A DNA stretch of 59,850 nucleotides, filler included, from Nitrospinae bacterium RIFCSPLOWO2_12_FULL_45_22 (GTDB lineage: Bacteria > 2-12-FULL-45-22), in assembly GCA_001803565.1 (NCBI GenBank). It is 7 parts of 7 records of this genome, joined end to end, with 100 filler letters (N's around TTAATTAATTAA, not from the genome) between each part and the next. Parts side by side here need not be neighbours in the genome. Positions count along the whole stretch, not along the records: positions 17,493 to 24,174 come from MHDQ01000173.1; positions 24,275 to 48,281 come from MHDQ01000174.1; 5 more parts are not named here. One strand, 5' to 3'. The notes under the pieces are model-generated. The model searched no databases and was not told where the DNA came from. It saw nothing but the letters and a program-made list of their open reading frames with translations. Position numbers and translations under genes: made by a program. Shown here piece by piece: positions 18,667 to 28,622 of the stretch. Positions within the stretch are counted from its first letter, which is position 1. Every line of letters starts with the position of its first letter.

Positions 18667-18829
18667 GTAACCGTTCACTAGACCTATCACCCAGAGCTGG
18701 CGAAGATTCCTTACTTCGTTCGGAATGACAATGGGGAAGGGTCCCGATTGATGTCATTTCGACCAAAGGGGGAAATCTAGAGCCAGGGGCTCGGAATGGC
18801 ATAATCTTGAAAAGCTGGTGAACGGTTAC
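18667..18829. mobile_element. MITE with perfect 12-bp terminal inverted repeats and an 8-bp target-site duplication
   Basis: GTAACCGTTCAC...GTGAACGGTTAC flanked on both sides by TAAAATAT (18659-18666 and 18830-18837); interior has CGGAATGACA / TGTCATTTCG REP-like units. Confidence 0.85.
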
Positions 18830-18950
18830 TAAAATATAAGTTAAATAAGGGATTCCACCTGGTCAAATTATTCCCTAAACCTCAATTTAATAACCTATTG
18901 AATTTGCTTTATAAAGCCTAAATTTTAGTGGCAAAAATACGATTTTACTC

Positions 18951-19040
18951 TTATTTTTTCTTCTGCCTCATCTTGGCCAGGAGTTTCTTATACTTATGTT
19001 TGCGAATCTTCTTCCGCCTCTTCTTGACTACACTCCCCAT
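18951..19040 (-). CDS. Small basic ribosomal protein bS22 (AURKAIP1/COX24 domain)
   Basis: Manual translation MGSVVKKRRKKIRKHKYKKLLAKMRQKKK; SD AAGGGG; below the ORF-track cutoff. Confidence 0.9.
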   Translation of the reverse strand: MGSVVKKRRKKIRKHKYKKLLAKMRQKKK

Positions 19041-19139
19041 CGTATCATTTGCCCCTTCCTGGTTTTCAGCTTTCTGTATTATAAGATAGGAGAAAAACAA
19101 GACATTAATTTAGTTCCCACTGAAAAATGGGATGTTGAG

Positions 19140-19177
19140 CAAGCCTTCGGCCTCGAGGGCCTCAGCCCGAAGGCTTG
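19140..19177. repeat. Intergenic palindrome (REP-like or terminator hairpin)
   Basis: CAAGCCTTCGG...CCGAAGGCTTG 11-bp stem. Confidence 0.6.
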
Positions 19178-19291
19178 ACCACTAGATGCGTTATGAAAAC
19201 AATACTGCTGTAACAATAGGTAGTGGCAAAGCTTGCTTTGCTGGTTTTTCTGGTTTTTTCAGTGGGAACTAATTAATAGCACAACAATTGT

Positions 19292-20587
<1,296 letters not shown>

Positions 20588-20823
20588 CTATCTCTCCTTT
20601 CAACAGCAATAAAGTTATGCGCCGCATTATTATACCATAATAACTCATAAATCTATAGTGAATATAACTTGATAACATAGGAATTTAACTTACCAGCTTC
20701 CAGGGATTACGGATGTTACTAATATACGAATAGCACAAATTGAATCCTTGTATCGTATACTCGCTTTATGCTATAGTTTTCATCAAAAATATAAAGGGGG
20801 CTTAAACAAAGGAGGGTTTCATC

Positions 20824-23319
20824 ATGGTTAATTTCAATGATATCTCCGGACCACTGAAGGGCTTAAAGATTTTAGATTTGGGTTTAGCAGGGGCAGGCCC
20901 TATCGGGCCTACTCTCCTGGCAGAGCTAGGGGCCGAGGTCATTAAAATTGAACCGCCTGAGGGTGGTAATCTGCTCAGGAGGATGCCTCCTCTCTTTAAT
21001 GGGCAGTCCTTATGGTTTCCTACTGAAGGGCGGCATAAGAAGTCTTTAACCGTAGACCTTCATGCCGAGAAAGGCCAAAAGATTGTAAAAGACCTGATAA
21101 GACATTGCGATATAGTGCTAGAAAATTTCCGTCCTGGAACCATGGAGAGATGGAATATGGGGTGGGAGGAGTTAAAAAAGATAAAAGAAGACCTTATTAT
21201 GGTAAGGGTCTCGGGCTTTGGTCAGGAAGGGCCCTATAAGAACCGCACATCTTATGATAGTATGGGCGCAGCCATGGGTGGAGTTACCCATCTAACTGGG
21301 CATCCTGACGACCCTCCTACATTGATCCAACTGGCTTTATGTGATTATATATCGGCTGCCTTTAATGCCCTGGCTACTCTCCTGGCTGTCTATTACAAAA
21401 ACAAAACCGGCAAAGGGCAATGGGCTGAGATTACGCAATACGAAGCTATCTTGCGCCTGGCAGAATGGAGCGTGGCCGCTTATGATAAACTGGGATTAGT
21501 AAGAGGAAGATGCGGTAACCGCCATCCCAGCATTGCCCCCCAAGACCTTTACCTGACCAGGGATGAAAAATGGGTGGCTATCTCTGCCCCTACTGACAAG
21601 ATATTTGCACGCCTTGCCCAAGCCGTCGGAAGAGAAGACCTTGTGGGAAAGGAAAAATTTTCTAACCCGGCTATGCGGGCAGAGAACTCTGAAGAGATAA
21701 ACACCCTGGTAGCGGAATGGGTAAAGGGTAAAAGCCTGGCTGAGGTAGTAAGGATATTGGCTGATGCTGGGGTTCCAGTAGGCCCCCTATGTTCAGTGAA
21801 GGAGATCATTGAAGACCCGCATTACCAGGCCAGGCAGAACCTGGTTAAGATTGATGACCCGGTCTTCGGAGAGCTCGTGGTTACCAATATTACCCCAAGA
21901 TTTTCCGCTACTCCGGTATCGGTCCATGATGCTGGTGTACCTCTCGGCGAGAATAACCAGGAGATACTGAAAGATATCCTGGGATATAGCCCAGAATATA
22001 TAGAGTCCCTGAAAGGAGAAGGTATTATTGCCCCACCAGCAAAGGCTTCCGCCCCCACTGAAACTTCGCTCAATACCCAGCCGACAACTGAAACCTATGA
22101 CAGGCTTCCCTGGCTCAAAGGAAGCCAGGAAGATATGGCCCTGGCAGGCCTGAGGATCATCGAGCTGGGATCAAGTCTGGCTGCATCCTTCGTCACCTCG
22201 CTCCTATCAGATTTTGGCGCAGAGGTTATCAAGATAGAGGAACCCGGTATAGGGGATAATTTAAGGCACCTGCCTCCTTTCTATCAGGGTAAATCCCTGT
22301 GGTGGGCCGTGGAGGCGAGGAATAAGAAATCTATTACCCTGGATTTAAGGCTAGAAGATGCTAGAAAGGTGTTAAAAGACCTGGTAGCAGTTTCTGATGT
22401 AGTAGTAGAGGGATTCAGGGCCGGAACATTGGAAAGATGGGGTATAGATTATGAAGAATTAAAAAAGGCAAATGAAAAGATAATACTTCTCAGGATATCC
22501 GGCTTTGGCCAGGAAGGACCCTATAAAGACAGGGTTTCGCTGGATCCAGTAGCGACAGCTATGGGCGGCACTACATTTACTATTGGCTTTAAAGAAAGAC
22601 CGCCCGTCAAGCCCGGGCTGGCTTATGGTGACTATGTCCCGGGTATATTTGGCGCTATCGGTATAATGGCGGCCTTATACCACAGGGGTAGGACTGGAGA
22701 GGGCCAGTGCGTCGAATTAGCCCTCTATGAACCATTTTTACGCTTCTACCACGATCATATACCATACTATCATAAGACCGGTGAGGTCAGGGAGCGGGCG
22801 GGAAATAAGTTTTATCTGGGTGCCCCTCTGGGACTCTATGAGACAAAGGATGAAAAATGGCTCGCTATCATTATCATAGAGGATAAAGATTTTGGCAGGA
22901 TAGTTAGGGCCATGAACCAGGAGGAGTTGGCTACAGACCCAAGATTTTCTACTATGCTGGGGAGGGTCCAAAACAAGGATATTCTAAACCAGATTGTAGA
23001 GCCATGGATGAAGGCGCATACCAGGTCTGAGTTGATTGAAGTACTGGTGAAGAATCAGGTACCTATGAGTCCTATCAATAGCATTGAAGACATATTTAAT
23101 GATCCTCATTATCAATTCAGGAAAAATATCCTGGAGATAGAAGACCCAGTTCTGGGTAAGGTCAAGATGCAAGATGTGGTGCCCAAATTATCCCTTACCC
23201 CAGGCTGTGTCAAGAGCACAGGCCCGGAACTGGGACAGCACAACAAAGAGATATACGGTACCTTATTGGGTTATTCCCAGAGAGATATAGGAAGCCTGAG
23301 AGAAAAAAGGGCCATTTAG
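20824..23319 (+). CDS. Family III CoA-transferase (CaiB/BaiF) with two complete tandem domains
   Basis: Two copies of (E/D)(L/F)GAEVIKIE, KKS(L/I)T(V/L)DL, E(N/G)FR.GT.ERW, R(V/I)SGFGQEGPY; Pro/Thr-rich linker. Confidence 0.92.
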   Translation: MVNFNDISGPLKGLKILDLGLAGAGPIGPTLLAELGAEVIKIEPPEGGNLLRRMPPLFNGQSLWFPTEGRHKKSLTVDLHAEKGQKIVKDLIRHCDIVLENFRPGTMERWNMGWEELKKIKEDLIMVRVSGFGQEGPYKNRTSYDSMGAAMGGVTHLTGHPDDPPTLIQLALCDYISAAFNALATLLAVYYKNKTGKGQWAEITQYEAILRLAEWSVAAYDKLGLVRGRCGNRHPSIAPQDLYLTRDEKWVAISAPTDKIFARLAQAVGREDLVGKEKFSNPAMRAENSEEINTLVAEWVKGKSLAEVVRILADAGVPVGPLCSVKEIIEDPHYQARQNLVKIDDPVFGELVVTNITPRFSATPVSVHDAGVPLGENNQEILKDILGYSPEYIESLKGEGIIAPPAKASAPTETSLNTQPTTETYDRLPWLKGSQEDMALAGLRIIELGSSLAASFVTSLLSDFGAEVIKIEEPGIGDNLRHLPPFYQGKSLWWAVEARNKKSITLDLRLEDARKVLKDLVAVSDVVVEGFRAGTLERWGIDYEELKKANEKIILLRISGFGQEGPYKDRVSLDPVATAMGGTTFTIGFKERPPVKPGLAYGDYVPGIFGAIGIMAALYHRGRTGEGQCVELALYEPFLRFYHDHIPYYHKTGEVRERAGNKFYLGAPLGLYETKDEKWLAIIIIEDKDFGRIVRAMNQEELATDPRFSTMLGRVQNKDILNQIVEPWMKAHTRSELIEVLVKNQVPMSPINSIEDIFNDPHYQFRKNILEIEDPVLGKVKMQDVVPKLSLTPGCVKSTGPELGQHNKEIYGTLLGYSQRDIGSLREKRAI

Positions 23320-23342
23320 TTAATAATACCTGAGAGGTAAAG

Positions 23343-24174
23343 ATGGTTAGAGTTAACCCCTATATAAAGATGAAGTTGGAGCGGGCCAGGGGACTTGTCT
23401 CTGCTAAGGATTATTCTCAAGCCCAGCAAGAAGTCCAGGAGGCACTGGAAGAAGCCCCTAATAATACTGAATTATTAACCCTCCTGGCTAATATATACAC
23501 CCATCAGGAGCGGCTGACAGATGCTACCCTGATTATAGACCAGCTCCTACAGGCTGGTGAGACTGGCTATGATTTCTTTGTCACCAAAGGCAATATCCTC
23601 TATCAACAGGAGCGCTTAGCTGAGGCCCTGGAATATTTCCAATTAGCCCTCAAGAAAAAACGTACTAATTATCTGCTGGGGAGACTGATCCAAACCTTAC
23701 TACACCTCAACCGTACCGGCGAAGCCCTGTACTATACCCAGCTTGCCCTGGAATATGATCCCGAAAATCCTTTTTCCTTGAAATACCTGGCGCAGATTTA
23801 TAAGAAACAAAATGAGTGGGAACGGGCCTTAGAGATATATCAAAAAGTGATAGAACTGATGCCTAAAGATGAGTTTTGCTACAAAGAATATCTCCAATTA
23901 AAGGCCAGGGGCTGGACTCCGCAGAAGGTAGAGGGCGAGCTGAAGGCTATTCTTAGGGTTTCGGACAAGAAAGATAACCCTTATCTCCATGCCTTAAGGG
24001 GCCAGAACCTTAAAAGTATGGGCCAGTGGGAAGAGGCCATAATGGAGTATCAAAAGGCTATCCAACTGGCACCAGGAGATAATTTTTTGCTTAAGCAACT
24101 AGGCTTTTGTTATTCCCATTTACAAAGATACGCAGAGGCAGCCGAGACCCTAAAGATACCTTTTATCCAGAACC
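23343..24174 (+). CDS. Tetratricopeptide repeat protein; truncated
   Basis: Repeated TPR patterns (LA.IY....EWERALEIYQKVIELMP; EEAIMEYQKAIQLAP). Confidence 0.85.
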
Positions 24175-24274
24175 NNNNNNNNNNNNNNNNNNNNNNNNNN
24201 NNNNNNNNNNNNNNNNNNTTAATTAATTAANNNNNNNNNNNNNNNNNNNNNNNNNNNNNNNNNNNNNNNNNNNN
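24175..24274. other. Artificial contig linker
   Basis: N44-TTAATTAATTAA-N44. Confidence 0.99.
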
Positions 24275-26595
24275 TGCCAGTGCCTAACCAGCCGGGCAAG
24301 TCTGGTTATAAAAAGCCTCTTTCTTCGCAGCTTGTCTCCCGGAGAGCCAGGATTATCCGGGCCAAATTCCCCCAGCACAAACCAATCAATGCCCAGGGCA
24401 GCCGGGACTTCTTTACTAATATAGAACCCTTCCTGCACAAGGCCCAGATAGCGAGCCTCTATAGCCGCCAGGGGCAGGGCCGTATTAAAGTTCCGTACCA
24501 GCACGGCATGGGCCATCTTCCAGGCCCTTATTGCCCGGGAGTGTCGCCTAATACAACCCTTTATAAAGCCCGGCAGGCCAGGGTAACGGTATCGCTTTAT
24601 ATAGATATTTTCTGGGCCTGAGCCAGTAGGTAAGGTTGTGTGAAAGAGGGTAGATTTTTTCGTTTCTTTCACTACTGTTAGATTTTCTAAATTATCAATC
24701 AGCGCTGGTAGTTCTTTCTCCATAGCCGCTGCCCGGCGGAGATATCCCCGGTAAGGGCCATTATTAAAGACCATAAAATCGTTATTGCTCCTCAGACAGC
24801 GTTTTTCTCGGCGGCTATAGAGTCTGAGAGAGGCTTTCCGGCTCCGGGCTTCAATCAGCCGGGCATATCGGGCTATATTATTTTCTATTCTCGTTATCTC
24901 CCGGCAATATTCTTTAAAAAACCGGAAACGGGCTGAAGCCCGGAGCCGCTGAGAAAAGAATAAGTTTAATTGCACCAGGTTATTTATCCTTTTATTCAGG
25001 CCTAAATCCTTCCCCTTTATCTTTACCTGATGGAGATCCATAAGGGATAACTGGTATGGCCCTTCAATGCCGTTACCTTTGACAAGGAAATTACCGGCAT
25101 GAAAATCCGTATGATAGACCCCTTGCTGGTGGACTTTCTTGACCAATTGGGCCAGTTGGTTGGTTAGGGTCATCTCTCGCCTAAAGCCTATCTTTCGGCC
25201 CTCTCGTAATGAGAGATTATCCAGAGAGAAGGCATCCTTTATCTCTTCCGTTATTAAGTAATTTTCTTGCAATATCCTCCCCTTATACCGCTCGCCGATA
25301 GCTAAAGGGTTTATAGTAGGGATGCCTTTCTCTTTTAGCCTCAAGGCCGTCCCTGCCTCTCTTTGGGCCTTAGAAGGGCGAAAAAGATACTTGAACTGAT
25401 CGCTCCACCCTGGTAATTTATATATCTTGAGATAGATACTCATAGGGTCGTTTCGGGTAGGGAGTTCTCCCTGGACAATGCGCCGTATACGCCTGTCCTG
25501 TACAGTTAAACCGCTCTTCCCTGCTAGCAAGGCGTTTAGTGCCTCATAGGTTTCCTTAGTAAAGGCCGGCAATAGGTCTTGACGAATAAACCATTTTGTC
25601 CCGGCAAGCTGGATAGGTGTAGGAGAGAACCCTGGTGGCACTCCTTTGATGTCCGTCGGTCTTAAACCCATGCTGGCTGGGCATAAACGCAAATGCCAGA
25701 ACAGAACGTACCAATATATGGCAGCCTTTTCCCGATAGTAGGGGGACCTGAATAAAGTAAGAAGATTGAGCAGGCTAGTAAATAGAGTGCTTAATATCAG
25801 TCTGAGGGATAACATAATAACCAGTAAGGTTAATCGGTGCCATCCCCGATGCTTCCTGAAGAAGAGATAGCGGGAGCGATAGTATTCTACCCGGGCCTTA
25901 GCCAGTTGTATTTGGGCGCTCTGGCCTTGAAGATGGACGATCTGGGCCGCAGGTAGATGATAGACCTTCCAGCCGGCCCTCCGGAGTCGAAAACACCAAT
26001 CGGTCTCTTCCAGAAAAAAGAAATAGTCTTCATCCAATGGTCCTACTTGTTTAATCGCCTTGCTCCGTACCAGCATGCAAGCCCCTATAACAGACTCTAC
26101 CGCCAACGGCTCATCATAAGCCTGGTATTTACTGGGATACTTAGAGGGGAAAAGGTATCGCAGCAAACTCTTATTAGTCAACTCAGTCAGCAGGTTAGGA
26201 AAATTATCAAAGGAGTTTTGTTTGGAACCAGCAGCATGAAGGAGTTGTCCACCAACTAAACCTACCTCCGGTCTCTTTTCCAAGAAGTCGAGGAGATAAG
26301 AAACCACTCCAGGCTTAAAGATTATATCGGTATTAAGGATAAGGACATAGGGACTGCTTGCCACCAGCAAAGCAGCATTACAGCCCCCAGCAAACCCTTT
26401 ATTAACCGTATTCCTGATCAGATTAACCTGGGGAAACAACCGCCCTACTGCCTCGATGCTGCCGTCCTGAGAGGCATTATCCACTACCCAGACCTCCATA
26501 TCTATTCCCTCTGTAGCTGCATAGAGGGACTGGAGGCAGTTCAAGAGGAGCTGCCGAGTATTGTAATTAACAATAATAACTGATAATAAAGGCAT
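24275..26595 (-). CDS. GT2 glycosyltransferase fused to LPS kinase (Kdo/WaaP/InaA-like) domains; 3' end truncated
   Basis: SVIIVNYN, VVDNASQDGS, LILNTD, FFLEETDWC; then YLKIY, YHTDFHAGNF, LMDL, and a second YIKRY...SRAIRAW kinase N-lobe. Confidence 0.85.
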
Positions 26596-26601
26596 CAAAT
26601 T

Positions 26602-26803
26602 GTAATTACTCGGATTTCCACGGAACAATTTTTGCCATCATTGCAAAATTAGCAATGCAAAATTAGCAATTAACAAGAAGGAATTGATTTTGAAATGCTA
26701 ATTGCTAATTTTATATTTTGCATTGAAACGGATTTTTGTCCACCTGTCTGCGTGCATCCTGACGCCTAGGCAGGCCCGTGGTAAAAATCCCCTGAACACT
26801 TAC
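26602..26803. repeat. Nested composite intergenic element (GTAA..TTAC ends, CCACGG/CCGTGG pair, heptamer inverted repeats, CCTG..CAGG palindrome)
   Basis: gtaattactcgg...ctgaacacttac; gcaaaattagcaat repeats and their complement; cctgtctgcgtgc...ggcagg. Confidence 0.6.
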
Positions 26804-26819
26804 CTTACTTACCTTGAAT

Positions 26820-27533
26820 TCAGTTTCTCAGTATGCGGTATATGAGCCATTTGTCCCCGCCTTCCTCTCTCCTGGCTTGCATCTTGCCTGGTATCAAGGC
26901 CAACTCGTCAGGGTGCATAGCCTGGAGGAAGGCGGTTAAGCCGGGACCTAAATCCCTGGTATCCACAATAAGGTAGTGGGCCCCGGTCTTTCTGGCTAAC
27001 TGTATAATTGCCGAATAATTGTAGTCTTTCAATGATATGGTTTTACCCCGGGCATAAAAGGCAAAGCGGGGATCGCGGCTTATAATAATGGGGTGCTTAA
27101 TCCCGTTTTCCCTGAGCCAGAGCCCAATCTCCTTCCTCAAATCCTGATTTCCTCTAAGGGATGCCAGGGACTTGGGCAGCATGATAACCATAGCCAAAAT
27201 AACCAGTAGCCCTGCCCATCTATTTGCTGACCATAAGGAGCTTTTCTTACTAAGTCGGGCTGCCAGCTCCCATAGTCCCAACCCACACCATAACAGCACC
27301 AGGATAACTATAGGCAAAAAATAACGCTTGCTGGAATAATGATGGGTAAGGAAAAAGAGCCAGAGCAAGAAAAAATATGGGATAGTGTAGGCGGCAAGAT
27401 AAAGCTCTCCTTTATGGTATTTAGGGAGGGTGTGGCGCCTGACCAGACCAAAGAGAAAAAAGATGATCAGGAAGGGATGGGCAGCAGAAAAAAATTTCAG
27501 GATCAGCTTATAAAAGGCTATAAAGACAGTCAT
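26820..27533 (-). CDS. C-terminal half of a GT-C (ArnT/PMT-like) membrane glycosyltransferase
   Basis: TM helices, SKRYFLP, PRFAFYARG; overlaps the upstream ORF by ATGA. Confidence 0.7.
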   Translation of the reverse strand: MTVFIAFYKLILKFFSAAHPFLIIFFLFGLVRRHTLPKYHKGELYLAAYTIPYFFLLWLFFLTHHYSSKRYFLPIVILVLLWCGLGLWELAARLSKKSSLWSANRWAGLLVILAMVIMLPKSLASLRGNQDLRKEIGLWLRENGIKHPIIISRDPRFAFYARGKTISLKDYNYSAIIQLARKTGAHYLIVDTRDLGPGLTAFLQAMHPDELALIPGKMQARREEGGDKWLIYRILRN

Positions 27534-28291
27534 TTTGTCTCGATCTCAGGGGCTTGAGTGAGGCCAATAAGGGTTTTTAAACTCTTCTTTTTGGTCAGCA
27601 TCCAGGAGCCAGTTTCTAGCTTGAGATGGAGCAGATAAGGGAATGCTAGCAGGAAAAAGGCCAGGGCTATAGAAGTAACAGCCACTAATCTTTGTCTATA
27701 ATCTCTTCTAAAATGCCTTGCCCCAGCCACCATCACCCAAAGGACCAGGATAAATAGCGTGCCAAGGCCCTCCGGCCGGGTCAGATATGCCAAAGAGCCG
27801 GCCACAGAAGCCAGGAAATAGTAGCGATATTTTTTGCTGATAAGGGCTTGCCAGCCAAGGGCTATTGCCAGCACATAAAAAAAGATATAGGTAGCTTCAG
27901 AAAGTACTTCGGCTGAGGTGCGTACCAGATAAGGCTGGCAGGCAAACAGCAGACTGGCAATGACTGCCGTAGGGAAATTAAATATCTTAAGGCCCAGAAA
28001 ATAAACGGGTATTAGGGTTAAGGAGCCAAGAACTACTGAGACAAACTGACCAGCCCTTTCAGGTTCAGAGAATAACGGGTATATCGGTGCAATAAGCAAA
28101 GGGTAGAGGGGATGAAAATCTTCGGCTATGCCTTTATGAAACTCACCATGGCTGAAGTGTTCCGCCATCTCCAGGTATTTTATCCCATCCTTAGCGATCA
28201 TACCAGCATTATGTGCCGCTGTTATACGAATAACCAGGGCAATAAGAATCAGGATGATCAACGCTAATGACTTGTATTTTATATCTTTCAA
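27530..28291 (-). CDS. N-terminal half of a GT-C (family 39/83, ArnT/PMT-like) glycosyltransferase
   Basis: DGIKY, HPLYPLLI, LSEA, LAYLTRPEG. Confidence 0.8.
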   Translation of the reverse strand: MKDIKYKSLALIILILIALVIRITAAHNAGMIAKDGIKYLEMAEHFSHGEFHKGIAEDFHPLYPLLIAPIYPLFSEPERAGQFVSVVLGSLTLIPVYFLGLKIFNFPTAVIASLLFACQPYLVRTSAEVLSEATYIFFYVLAIALGWQALISKKYRYYFLASVAGSLAYLTRPEGLGTLFILVLWVMVAGARHFRRDYRQRLVAVTSIALAFFLLAFPYLLHLKLETGSWMLTKKKSLKTLIGLTQAPEIETK

Positions 28292-28366
28292 TCTTGTCCC
28301 TTTCTCTTGTATCTCAAATCTTCTCTGGATTACTCTGGTTTTAAATTAACCGCCTTCGGCGGGACT

Positions 28367-28622
28367 TTTTAGACCTGTCTGACAAGGCACAGGCAGGCAG
28401 GATCAACAGGAGTTACAATTTTTTATCTTTGGAGCCTCCTCCACATCTGACCAAAAGTAGTTAATCGGTTGAAAGAGCATAATGACTCACCTGTGTAAGA
28501 ACAGGAGATTTGGAGATTATGAGGATAGGGGGATATAATTGTTATTTCCCCTATCTCCTTATCCCCCTTTTCTTACACTTTTGTATTTATCATGTTTTAT
28601 CCTGTAAATCCTGTCAAAAAAA
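28367..28622. repeat. Composite repeat with ACAGGAT..ACAGG / ATCCTGTAAATCCTGTC ends and nested palindromes
   Basis: ttttagac[ctgtctgacaaggcacaggcaggc]aggatcaacagg ... atcctgtaaatcctgtcaaaaa. Confidence 0.55.
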
